DNA from: Paramoeba atlantica
Lineage: Eukaryota; Protista; Discosea
Length of the DNA stretch: 64,000 nt
Direction of reading: 5' to 3'
Assembly (NCBI GenBank): GCA_977017575.1
Contig: CDRNVI010000026.1
Location: 124,001-188,000, forward strand
Shown: in pieces, positions 23,012 to 33,815 of the stretch
Numbering within the stretch: the stretch's first letter is position 1
Layout: each line of letters begins with the position of its first letter
The notes under the pieces: model-generated
What the model saw: only the letters and a program-made list of their open reading frames with translations
The model's database searches: none
Told to the model about the DNA's origin: nothing
Position numbers and translations under genes: made by a program

Positions 23012-23274
23012 GTTTCCACCAGTGGGGGCCATGTTCAACAGGACGGGAAGTTCACCGTGTTCTGCCAACCCAGTGCGGCGGCACTTGTGAGCTGCTCCGT
23101 TTCCGGCCTGGCCCGGTTCAGTGCACGTTACACGCAGGGCAACCTCTGCGCTACCGCAGATTCTCCCCGGTACCACACTGTAAGGGAGGCGGCGAACTTC
23201 CCGTCCATTAAGAACAGGTGCCACGGCGAATCCTTATTTCGCTGCCCAAAGGGTGACAGGTTTGGAACCCCAGC
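23012..23274 (-). ncRNA. 7SL: SRP RNA (7SL)
   Basis: The minus strand has helix 8 GAACCGGGCCAGGCCGGAAACGGAGCAGC, helix 6 TCTGCG-GTAG-CGCAGA (GNAR loop), a 13-bp perfect helix-5 pair (23041-23053 / 23194-23206), an Alu-like CCTGTCACCC and a TTTTT terminator at 23011-23007. It is divergent from tRNA-Lys. The 5' end is estimated. Confidence 0.9.
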
Positions 23275-23369
23275 GAGCTCGATAGCAATTTCGCCGTGTT
23301 TATTACTATTCAATAATTGTTGATTTCCCTTGCAAATTTCCATATATAGGTTGGCAGTAGTGATCACGT

Positions 23370-23441
23370 GCCCGTTTAGCTCAGTGGAAGAGCGCCAGAC
23401 TTTTAATCTGGTGGCCGTGGGTTCGATCCCCACAGCGGGTG
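23370..23441 (+). tRNA. tRNA-Lys (UUU)
   Basis: Full cloverleaf; anticodon arm CCAGA-CT-TTT-AA-TCTGG; TTCGATC T-loop; followed by TTTT. Confidence 0.97.
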
Positions 23442-23500
23442 TTTTAGGAGATTGTAAGCTGCACCGGATTTTATCCTGAACAAAATTTGAATCATGAAAA

Positions 23501-23572
23501 TGGACGGGTGGGGGATCGAACCCCAGGCCTTTCGAATGCAAATCGAACGCTCTACCACTGAGCTACACGCCC
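23501..23572 (-). tRNA. tRNA-Ala (UGC)
   Basis: Cloverleaf on the minus strand; anticodon TGC; G3-U70 identity pair. Confidence 0.96.
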
Positions 23573-23644
23573 GACTTCGATCTATCGTTTTCGAAAGTAT
23601 TCGATCAAGATTGACACACACGCCCGCTATATTGCCTGCATAGC

Positions 23645-23716
23645 GCTCCTATAGTGTAGCGGTAATCACATCGGACTCTGAATCCGATAACCCTGGTTCG
23701 AGTCCAGGTAGGAGTG
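23645..23716 (+). tRNA. tRNA-Gln (CUG)
   Basis: TCGGA-CT-CTG-AA-TCCGA anticodon arm; full cloverleaf; followed by TTTT. Confidence 0.97.
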
Positions 23717-23771
23717 TTTTCAAGACACAGAAGCAATTTGACTTGCCCAGTACTTTGCGTGTTCCCAAGTC

Positions 23772-23844
23772 AGCACGGTGGCGCAGCGGTCAGCGCGGTG
23801 GGCTCATAACCCACAGGTCGTAGGATCGAAACCTACCCGTGCTA
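23772..23844 (+). tRNA. Initiator tRNA-Met (CAU)
   Basis: A1-U72 pair, three G-C pairs in the anticodon stem and an ATCGAAA T-loop (A54), all eukaryotic initiator hallmarks. Confidence 0.97.
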
Positions 23845-23889
23845 CTTTTGAGCGTCAAAAGTTCTGCCTTTTCTGCCCTTTCTGCCTTT

Positions 23890-23990
23890 CGCCTCGTTAA
23901 ACACGGTGGTTGTTTTCAACTTAGAAGTCACACATGCTGCGCGCCTCGCCTTGAAAGCTAGCTCCGCGCTTAACGAAGCGACTAAACAAG
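23890..23990. repeat. Degenerate copy of the ~108-bp palindromic element at 10622-10730 and 21953-22058
   Basis: CGTTAAACACGGTGGTTGTTTTCAAC...CGCGCTTAACGAAG. Confidence 0.6.
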
Positions 23991-24245
23991 AAAAAGTAGC
24001 TTCGAAACCGGAAGGTTTTGAGCCAAAATTAGCCGATTTTCGTTAAGTTGGATGAGTACTCATCGAAACGACTACAGTAAACGTCACTATTATCAGAATG
24101 CTCAGTTGTACGTTAACACACACAAAGCGGCTTTCTTGTCGTTTTTCGTCACTATTCTCAGAATTGGTCTGTTGAACGTTGACAGGCACTTATTTATGAG
24201 GTCATATCATAATTCTCATTTTTTAAAAAAAGTTTTTTAATGCAA

Positions 24246-24680
24246 TCCCACTCGCACCCTTATCTGTCATAAACGCGGCACCCTTATCTGTCATAGAAAC
24301 TCGCACCCTTATCTGTCATACAGCATGCCTGGCATGCCAGAGGTAGCAAGGACCCCTAAGACCAGTGCCAATTGCCGCCGCGGTAGTCTACGGGACGGGA
24401 ATCAAACAGCCCAAACAAAGCGTCGCCCCCGCTAGAAACCACGAAATGCGGCCACCTACCAGGGCAAGCGAACACTGAGCTGTATGCAGTGGGGAATGTA
24501 TTGGGGGGAAATTTCCACTTGAAAAACAAGTTGTTCGAAAGTGATATGAGGAAATTTAAGAATGAATATAGATAAATACTTAACTAACTCTATAGAGTTA
24601 GTGTAGAGTGAGTGAGTCAGTGAGTGTCATACAGCACCCTTATCTGTCATATAAGCCGCACCCTTATCTGTCATAAACCG
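24246..24680. repeat. GCACCCTTATCTGTCATA array (fold-back arm starting CCCACTCGCAC), interrupted by a retroposon
   Basis: Five units around 24246-24325 and 24625-24680. Confidence 0.75.
24326..24624 (+). mobile_element. 299-bp retroposon with 12-bp TSD and (AGTG)n-like tail
   Basis: TGTCATACAGCA at 24314-24325 and 24625-24636; 3' end AGTGAGTGAGTCAGTGAG. Confidence 0.78.
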
Positions 24681-24865
24681 ATTTAAAAAAAGTCGACCCC
24701 TTAAAAAAATTTCAAGGCCTAAAACAGATTTCAACCCCTAAAAAAAAATTGACCCCTAAAAAAATATTTCAACCCCTTCCAAAAATTTACAATTTTGCTA
24801 CACAGTTAACATAAAAAATAGGTAACCTCAATTGTGGTCCCTATCCTATCCTAAAACACTGGTTA

Positions 24866-27800
24866 TTAAAACCAGTTAAGAAAACAACCTTTTCTTACTT
24901 TGTAACAACTTCGGATCCTTAGTAGTTTCATCCTTACCCCCCCCCCCCCAGATTCTTCCATTACCTGTTGAAGTTCTTTTTTGGTCCCTTTATGCTGCTT
25001 CTTTTTGACTTTATGAGTATTACTGGAACCTAAGTACTCATTCTTTTCCGAAGGGAGTTCCACGGAACTTACACCTACCTTGAGAGGCGGTGTACCATCC
25101 TCAACCGCACATCGCTTAGCCACAGACAACGTTTTAGTCTCACCAGACAAAATCGATGTTTGTACTTTTTGTGAGCTCAGAGTTCGAGCTGTGACTACAC
25201 CTGGCGTCTTTTTTCTCCTCTTTGGTTCTGAGGTATGAAGAGTCTTGCGTGTTCCTGAAACGGCCAGCGCATCAGCCTTCTCATTATATGTGTTCCCATT
25301 ATGGGACCTCACTTTGCACATGAATACTTCAACGTTCTCAGCTTGCATTGACCGAATTTTCCTGTCCAATAAGGGCAGAAGATCCCCATTTGGTACTTTA
25401 TTATACCCAATAACACGGCGCCGAAATCTCATTAAATGAAAGAAATTCCATACGTAGAAGGAATCAGTGTGTAATATTAGCTTCTTTGCTCCTTCAGGTA
25501 TAATGTTTAGTGCTTGTTGTAGGGATTCCATCCCTGCTCTCTCTGGTGTGTCAGCATTTAATCGTATGGAATAGTGTTGATCATTCTGGTTAGTCTGCTT
25601 TATGACGATTCCTGCGCCGCCTCTGCCTTCATTGGTGCCTCTAACGGTGCGAACGGAACCATCAATATACATATGTACTTCCTCTTCCCCTATCGGAAAG
25701 GGGTCGGGTCCTTCTTCAACAAACTGTAGCCCGTAACATTCGCCTCTGATTGCATTCCTGTGTTTGGCCTTCCATTGTGATGATTGTAATCTAATATAAT
25801 CTGGTAGTGGCTCAAGGTTTTGCCTGAGTTCTTCGCATAACTTTTGCCAGTGTGTTTGATCCGATGAATAAACAAGAGCTTCCTCAAGGGTTATTCCTAA
25901 ATCTTTGAAGCACGCTTCACTTGGAGAAGATTGTCGGGCCGTTTCTTTAGATTTCCATTGTACGAGTTCTCGATAGACTGGCAAGTGTCGCAGCATGTGC
26001 CCGATGAGTTTCGCCCTACTGACACGATGTACAGTGGAAAATCTCGGGGTCCCGCAGTAGAGAGATTCCAAAGAGAAGCAGTGACCGAAATCATCTAGCT
26101 TCGCGCAGTTGCAGGCAAATCGTCGCATCATGTTGATCTCCACCTCCACTCTTTTCAAAACAGCATTAGAGATAAACAGTGCCCCGGCTCCGAATGTCAG
26201 AATTGGGTACACCAAACAGTCGAATAGTCTTAATTTGGTTGCTGCGGCTAAAGGAGAAATCCAAATTTCTCGCATTCTACGGAATGCAGCCCACGTGAGT
26301 CGTAGTCTATCCTTGATTGGTGCTGAAGCCGTTGCATCCTGCATGTGCCCAAGGTGTCGGTATGAGTCTACCAAAGGGATTTTCCCAAGAGATTCTGATC
26401 TAAGTTCTCTTGAACCTCCAGGTACCTTTCCGAATGCCATCCAAGCTGTCTTAGTCCTACCAAGAGCAAGAGACAAATTTGCGGGACGTGCTTCCTGTGC
26501 CGTCGTAGAGGACAAGAGTGCAATATCGTCAGCATAGTCAATATCCGTGAGCCTGACTTCTTGAATACCTCTACTTTTCGTACCAGTACTCTTTAAAAGA
26601 ATTCCCTGAGGCTTTTTATCGAGAGCACGATGAAGGATACGATCAATTACAAGTACAAAAAGATATGGCGCAAGAACATCACCCTGAAGAATTCCAGTCG
26701 TAATCGGAAAAGTCTGCGTGTTCCCGTACGGTGTGCGCACTATCCCCTGAAGATCAGTGTAAAGAGACATGATTGTGCGAGTCATCGCAGGACCGACGCG
26801 AAAGGCATCAAGAGCGGAACGAATAGCATGATAAGAAACGGAGGGGAACGCCTTGGCAAAGTCAATGAATGCTACTAATATGCCTCGTTTGTCTCTTGTT
26901 GCGCGTGTGGTTAAGTCATTCAATAGTAATTGAGCACCTGCGGTGGACCTGTCCGGGCGAAACCCAAATTGACTATCACGCAGCAACCCCTCTATTGATG
27001 GCCGTATACGACGCAAAATCATGCAGTTCATTAATTTTACTACACTATTAACTAGACAAATAGGGCGCCAATTAGAAATTTGAGATAGATCACCTTTTTT
27101 GGGAATCGGAACTTGTATAACAAGTTTCCAGCACTCTGGCGACTCTCCTGTTTGATGGATTTTGTCCATAATTTGCAAGAGAGAGGATCGTATTTCAGGA
27201 TGTCTTGTGATAGACCTTAAAGCTTCGGCAGGAATGTTATCTATACCCGGAGCTTTGTGTCTAGCAAGTCTTTCAGCGCTCTCTGCGAGCTCTTCACCAG
27301 TAAATGGACCGTCAAAAATGGTGTTTCTCGGAACTGGAACCTGATCAAAGTTTATATTGGGGTCGCCGCGGTCGTCTCCACCAATTCCAGCAAAGAATTG
27401 TTGAATAATTCTAAGTGATTCTCGTTTTGATCTCGCTTCAATTTTGAGAGATTCCCGGTATATCCCGCATATTCTTCTCAAAGTTCGCCAAGGATTAGAC
27501 CTATTTTGCCGTAGTTCAGACTCGATTTCTTCGCACTCACGTCTGATCTCTGCTTCAATTTCGTCGCCATGCCGCTCAACAACGTTTTTGAAATGCTCCG
27601 GATTACGGCTCTGAATAAATATGTCACGGAAACGTGTCTTTGAAGTCTGGTCTGTCTGTTGGGTCATGGTTTCTGTCTCGAGATTTGGGGATTCGGGGTC
27701 TTCTTTGTCGGATGGCTTACAGGCTAATTTATTTGCTCCGTCTACCATGATTTTAGAAAGCTGTTCCCATGTAATGTCTTCCTTTTTCTGTGCAGCGGAA

Positions 27801-27922
27801 AAAACTAGTTCTTGGAATTCTTTTTCTTGTTTTGGGTCCCCGAAAAAGGCCAGATTACGCCACTGCTTCCCTTTTTGTTCTCGCATTTCCATTTGATCTT
27901 CAAATTTACAATTACAGCACAA
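24866..27922 (-). pseudogene. RT plus RNase H ORF of the LINE (1018 aa), 1-nt frameshift from APE
   Basis: WRPICL, QFGFR, DFAKAF, LQGDVLAPYLF, YADD; RNase H MYIDGS...ERAG(E->G)...HTDS...SHNGNTYNEKAD. About 10 aa are deleted after YADD relative to the copy at 1-2165. Confidence 0.9.
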
Positions 27923-28448
27923 TGTGTAGTTGGGATCGGTGATTTAAGAACCTTATGTCTACTTATGCTTGAAGAAAAACGTTCACTCACTAATATGTGA
28001 TCAAGTTGCCTGCATACGTTTTTGCCTTTTATCTTCGTGGGCAATTCGCACGTCCACTTTCTCCGGCTGGGGCAGAGGGAGTGTGCTGATCTACATTCAA
28101 TGGAGCAGAGAAGGCCTCTCATTCTCGATACCGCCGGTAAATCCATGCGATAATTTGATACCATTGTCAATGGTGCATTAAAGTCGCCCATAACAATTGT
28201 TGGTCGCTTACGACCTTTTGCACTAACCTCCTTGCACGCATGTTCGACATCCCCCAAAAACTCAGCATGAGCGGTCTCTGAGGAATCTCTAATTGGCGCG
28301 TAGACGTTAATTAAGGTACCAGTCCCTTGCTCTAGGGAGCATTCTGCTCCCATCACTCTGGGGCTCACTTCTCTTACGTTTTGTAAATGCATCTGGCTTA
28401 CGATAGCCAAACCGTTATAAGCATCTTTCGCGCGTGCAGATTGAAGAT

Positions 28449-29035
28449 GATGTCAATAATTTCTGTAATTTGGATTGCAAAAGACAATTAGTAACCACAG
28501 TGCCCCCCGTTCCGACTAATAACAATTTCACAACGCTTCCTGAAACTCTTCAACGTTTTCTGAACCGTTGCAGAGTGGGTCTGTTTCAATTTAAGGAAAG
28601 ACCCCTCAATGGCGGCTTCCAGTTGCTGTCGATTTCGGGGTCGAAGAAGATTTTTGTCTGTGTCCATCACAGACCACAAATATAAATAATTTGTGCGCCG
28701 TAGCGGAGTACGATCCTGTGCGCTCGTATTCCGCCACCAAAAGCATGCGGTGACTCTCTTTGACGGGGGCGGGGGAAGAATACGATCTATCGCTCAGTAC
28801 TCCACGGGAAGTCCTCGAGCGAGCGCGCTTTTGGGGCATTTTCTAGTAAAAAATGTAATTCCTGCGAGGGAAAAAAGCGAAATGTGGTATCAAAAAATAT
28901 GTACGTTAAAATCACAGGATTTTAATGCGCCTAAAACATACAACTCTGTGAGAGCTATCCAATGCGCTATTATTTTCCAAAATTGGACAACTTTTACGAA
29001 TTTTAGACCCCCCCACCTTTAGACCCGCACCCCTG
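28449..29035 (-). mobile_element. Internally deleted Tc1-like element (DD32E family) inserted in the LINE APE domain
   Basis: One TIR ends ...CCGCACCCCTG-TA at 29035-29037. The N-terminus MPQKRARSRTSR... is fused to the C-terminus ...RCEIVISRNGGHCGY. The other TIR is missing. Confidence 0.85.
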
Positions 29036-29371
29036 TATATGTGGTACTGCCCCCCTAGGTGTTCCACCTGTCGATAAATAATCACATTTACACTGTCCTT
29101 TGGTGAAAAAGTGTACCTGGTTTCCTGCAAACACATAACGTCAATCCCCTTACGCTGCATAAAAGAAAGAACCTCAATAAGACACGTACACCTTCTGAGT
29201 GAGAATTCGTCATCTCCTTCAAGTTTCAAAGTTGTCACATTTAGTGTGCCAAAAGTTGTTTTCTCCTTCTCAGCGGAACGTTCAACGTTCTCCGAGTCGT
29301 GTTGGGCATGTTTGCCACGCGATGCCCATGGTATAGTACGTCATGGTACGAGGACATGTCCAATTCTCTAA

Positions 29372-30415
29372 TTGTCACACTGTCATGGTAATGTCACGTC
29401 ATGGTACGAGAAGCATCGCCAGCTTCTTGCTCAGGGACCGAAATTGATTAGTGCTTTGCAAGTAGCGCGTGAAACTGAGGGTATCGAAACTCCGAAGCTC
29501 GGAGGTGTGACGCGCTGGTGTCAGGATAAGTTTACATGTATGCAATTTTTGGCGAAGAATATGGACACAGTATCGGCATTTGTGTACAGCGAAAGTGAAA
29601 AGGCACGGGCGTCAAAGTCCATTATTAAGTGTAAGCGTTTGCTGGACCGGTACGGAGCTTCGGAAATTAAAGCAAGCTGCTTTACATTTCTTGAACAATG
29701 CAGCGTTTTGCATTCAGCACTGAACAAATTTTCAGACATGTCGGGGAAACCGATGGCAACTCATGTCGAAACTACGCTGCAGCTCTTGTTCGAACATAGC
29801 GAAAGTGACGAAGCGCCCTCGCGAATGCGAGAAGCACTTCTTTATCACAAGACTCGTCTACAAAAATATCATAATATGCGCTTTTGGAACGATGTTCTCT
29901 GGTTCCGTCCCGGATGGATCGTTCAGTTCGCTCGTCCTTGTGGTCTTCTCCCCATCTCGGTAGCTCGAGCAAATAATGTTTTTGACAAAAATGCGGACGG
30001 TCCGTCGGCCGAGCAGCCGATCTTTCGTATTTCATCCGATGAGTGGGAAAAATACTTAGCATGCCTCGATTTCAGTTGGGATCCGTCTAAGTTCAGCAAC
30101 GAATACGAATGGTGGTGTGGTCCTGGGTGTGAAATGTTCCCAGCGATTTACGAAGCTGCCGTACACTACGTTTGGACGCCACCCCTGGTCAACAGGTGCG
30201 ACTCCTGGCTTTCCGTGCTTGGATATACATGGTATGTAGGGAGCTATACTGGTATGTATAGCTCACGCCAGGCCTCCCTTGCTCCCGATGTTGTATCGCA
30301 CCAGATATTCGTGCGAGGAAATTGCGACAAGCTAGGATATATGACTCAAGGTGATGCTGATTCGCTGGAAAATGATAGTGAGCTTGAATCATTGTCAGAT
30401 ACAGAACATAACTGA
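29372..30415 (+). pseudogene. C-terminal half of a hAT transposase
   Basis: GGVTRW motif and a dimerisation-domain-like FPAIYEAAVHYVWTPP...CDSWLS. Confidence 0.65.
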
Positions 30416-30958
30416 CTTAACATTATGTGGATTGTACGCAGTAGTTGTATTTGATTTTAGTACAGTGATTACTATACAGTATAGTATTAGTACTGTATGA
30501 AGCGGGGATAAGCCCGCCAGATCAAGAAAAAAAAGGATTGTTTGGTTTAGGGGATAGGAAAGGGGGGAAACCGAATGAAAGACGGATTTTTCCTTCTATG
30601 GATTGAGATACTGTTTCTGTAGCGACAACTTGCTCAGCAAAGTTGGCACAGTCATCGAGCTTTATTCTAGTACGGGATCGTATGGTTGGTTGGTAAATCT
30701 GGGTGAAAGCGGGTAAATGGGTCAATGACCCGGGTAAATTACCCGCGTTTGCCACCACGTGGGTAATTACACATTTACCCGGCAGGGGTATGTATAAACG
30801 AGGTTAATAGTACTACAAATTTTCTTGAATCACTATAAACTATCTATAAATAGTTTTAGGGACCTCTGCTTTTAAAAGTCTCATAGTCTCGCCCTTAAAA
30901 ACATTTCTGTACAAAAGATCAAGCCCGGAGCAATGGTCCAGATTTCCCCCCCGAAAAA

Positions 30959-31029
30959 GCATACACCCCAGTAAGAGAGATTTGGTCATTTTGACCCAAA
31001 ATTTATTCTCTTACTGGGGGGGTATACGG
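30959..31029. mobile_element. Small CCGTATACCC-ended MITE
   Basis: CCCCAGTAAGAG...CTCTTACTGGGGGGGTATACGG-TA; same family as 45707-46018. Confidence 0.65.
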
Positions 31030-31172
31030 TAAGTATCCAAGAAGTGGGCGCGTCTTCCATTCCGAGGGCCCCATAAGATTGCATGAAAAAAAAATCGGCG
31101 TTGACTGCTCGCTTCTCAAAATTCGCAAGCTGGACGCCTAAGGCGACGCCCCTGTACTTGCCTTGCTTTGCA

Positions 31173-32230
31173 CTAGTTTAGTAGTGCTCCGGAGTAGAAT
31201 GCATTGCAGAAGGAACGCCAAAGTCGAAAAATAGGCTTGTTTTCGTAATCCTTTAATATCTGTTTCGCAATGTTGTTAAGCACGTGTCCTACGCAGCTCG
31301 ACAAAGTTATCTTAGGCAGCCTCTCTCGTACCCCGAGTTGAATGTTGATGCGATCGGTGGAACCGATGTCTTGAATTTTCCCATAAAACTCAGCTAAATT
31401 TCCTATGTATTCTTTGCATTCAATGCGAGCAACGTGATTCACAGTTGAGCCATCGACTTGTAAAAATCGTAGCTTGTAGACGCGATCTTCGTGAAGCACT
31501 CCGGCCAAAGAATTTATGAGAGTATGTGCTGCTTCTTTCCCGTCAAAGGCAGCGTGTTTTCTACCATACATTGGAGGTAGAAGAATCTGTGCACTCCCAA
31601 CGTACAACACTTCGATCAGAACATACTCATGCAGTATGCGATCAATTCCCGCATCCAGAGCAATTCCGAAGAAGCTTTCAGAATCACCCTTCGATCTTAC
31701 ATACGGGGTTACATACGGGGGGTTACATACGGGGTTACATACGGGGGTACATATGGGCCCACAGCTCATCAGCCAACTCTGCTTCCCATTTATGCAATTT
31801 TGTTGAGTGGTTCGGAAGCCGTGGCGCAATAACATGCGGTGGAAGGTTCAGACGGAAATCTTCATATGCTCGCAGTAACCACATGGCCCTTGAGGCAGAC
31901 CAATTGGTGGAGGACAGCAAACATGGTAAAACCTTTCTAGTAAAGATGCTCACAGAATCAATTTTCTTGATTTATCGATTTTTCAGGCCCTTTACATTCG
32001 ACGCGATGTTTGTAATATACGATGTTTGTACGCGAGAAGAACAATGTTTACATTGAAAGTGTCTGGTCGAAACTATTCCTGAGAATCTCATCAGTATTGC
32101 GCTGAGCATAGGCCTTGCATTTTTCATTGCGGGAGCTGTCAGGAGATCCACAACACTGTTCCAGCTTGAAATGTTCAGGCAAAATTCTTTCCGACATTCG
32201 ATGTCGTGACCTGGCACCCGCACCATTATC
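31173..32230 (-). pseudogene. N-terminal half of a hAT transposase (BED-like CxxC, DDE start, CxxH)
   Basis: FQCKHC, then IALDAG, QVDGSTVN and CVGHVLN. Disrupted by stops and a TACATACGGGG(G)T x4 expansion at ~31697-31752. Confidence 0.7.
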
Positions 32231-32383
32231 TTGCATAAAAAGTGGCACTTTATACTGCATGAATTCACCTTTATCTGGCATAATGCACCTTTATATTGCA
32301 TAAGGCACCTTAATATTGCATAATTCACCTTGAAATTGCATATTCAGCGACACCTTTATATTGCATATTAAGCTGCACCTTTA

Positions 32384-33710
32384 AACCCCTCGACACGAAT
32401 AAAGCACCCCCCTTTATTTTTTGCGTGCGGGGACCCATGGGGGTTGCAGCACCACTTTATCGTCCAGAATTTTGAGATCTGCACGTTCCCGTGGTTTTTA
32501 GCTTCATTTAAAACTTTTAAAAAAATCAGTTTCAGAAATATTTTCTTTCTAAAATTTCATGGTAAAATCCAAGTACCGTCCCCCAAAGGGGGGGATGACC
32601 CCTATAGGTAAGACATTATTGCGCCTGAGGTTCGAGGACGGTGTCCCAAAGAAGCAACTTGCACGAGAATTTAATATTTCTGTAAAATATGTGAGGCAAT
32701 ATCTGAAAGCAAAAGAAACCAATAAAACCAAAATATTTACACCGAAAAAAAATATCTTACGTCGCAGAAAAAAAATAGTAACCATTATTTCACCAAAAGA
32801 CCTTGCTGGAGTGCCGAAACACAGCAGCGCTAGATGCATTGCGGGGAGATTGAGTAAAAAGGGGGTACATGTCACAAAACGCACTGTTCAACGTGACTTA
32901 AAAGCAATGAAATATACTTATTCCCCACGCCCGGTTACTATGGCGTTGACCGAACGTCAGAAGGCTAAAAGGGTTGAGTTTGCCTTTGCATGGAATGGGG
33001 ATTCACGCATAATTGTATTTTCTGATGAAAAAATCTTTGATACTAATGATATGCGTAAAAAAATGTGGGTTGCCCCGGGCGAAAAGGCTACTCCAAGGCA
33101 GAAAATGCGTTGGGCCCCAAAGTGCCATGTGTGGGGTGCCATTGGAGTTGGGTGGCGTTATCTAGCTATTCTTCCCAATGACAGCTCAATTACGAGCGAA
33201 ACGTATATTAAAACCCTGCGTAAGACTCCTTTCCCCCGTAATTTTATTTTTCAACAAGATGGAGCAGGCGCACACACTGCAAAAATGACAAAGTCTTATC
33301 TTTTTGAATCAGAAATTCAGTATATCAAAAATTGGCCTGCCAACTCACCTGACCTCAATCCTATAGAAAATGTATGGGAAATGATACAGCAACGAGTATG
33401 TGGAATGAACCCCTCGAGTACTACTTCGCTTATTAGGTGTGTAAAAAAAGCATTTAAAGAAATCCCCCGAAGGGAAATAAATAAAACTGTTTTAAGCTTC
33501 GATCGTCGACTAGAAGCCTGCGTAAAGTGCAAGGGAGAAAAAGTGAAAAAGTGGTAATCGTCTACTTATATTTTACCTTATTCACCCCAGGACAATTTTA
33601 CAAGGTGCGCAAAGTCTATTCACTGAGATCTGCAAAATGCCACAAGAATTAGCTCAAACGGACTTACCATACAAATTTTAGAGGGGGGTGCTTTATTGTG
33701 TCGAGGGGGT
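32384..33710 (+). mobile_element. Tc1-like transposon (1327 bp), ~30-bp TIRs, TA TSD
   Basis: TA-AACCCCTCGACACGAATAAAGCACCCCCCT...AGGGGGGTGCTTTATTGTGTCGAGGGGGT-TA. Confidence 0.93.
32559..33557 (+). CDS. Tc1-like transposase, DD35E, intact (332 aa)
   Basis: FSDEK, FQQDGAGAH and WPANSPDLNPIENVW, with 35 residues counted between D and E. Confidence 0.95.
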   Translation: MVKSKYRPPKGGMTPIGKTLLRLRFEDGVPKKQLAREFNISVKYVRQYLKAKETNKTKIFTPKKNILRRRKKIVTIISPKDLAGVPKHSSARCIAGRLSKKGVHVTKRTVQRDLKAMKYTYSPRPVTMALTERQKAKRVEFAFAWNGDSRIIVFSDEKIFDTNDMRKKMWVAPGEKATPRQKMRWAPKCHVWGAIGVGWRYLAILPNDSSITSETYIKTLRKTPFPRNFIFQQDGAGAHTAKMTKSYLFESEIQYIKNWPANSPDLNPIENVWEMIQQRVCGMNPSSTTSLIRCVKKAFKEIPRREINKTVLSFDRRLEACVKCKGEKVKKW

Positions 33711-33815
33711 TATATTGCATAATCACCTTGATATTGCATAGTGCACCTTCATATTGCATAATCACCTTTATATTGCATAATCACCTTTATATTGCATAAT
33801 CACCTTTATATCGTC

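Larger units (their letters stand above)
24841..29345 (-). mobile_element. Near-full-length RTE-like LINE (APE-RT-RNase H), degenerate, with a Tc1 derivative inserted in APE
   Basis: APE motifs FGTLNVTTL and IDVMCLQETR (29040-29250), then MGDFNA and LDHIL (27805-28448). RT-RNH ORF 24866-27922. 3' tail (GGATA)n at ~24841-24852. Confidence 0.92.

Noticed and set aside
27830-27900. Programmed ribosomal frameshift between APE and RT
   Set aside because: CAAAAAG is not a full slippery heptamer, and the copy has other lesions (RNase H E->G, in-frame deletion), so a 1-nt indel is simpler.
30604-30622. Weak SL-like match GAGATACTGTTTCTGTAG (and minus-strand TACTCTTTCTGTACCGTATT near 56452-56472)
   Set aside because: Several mismatches and no position at a recognisable junction, so compatible with chance.
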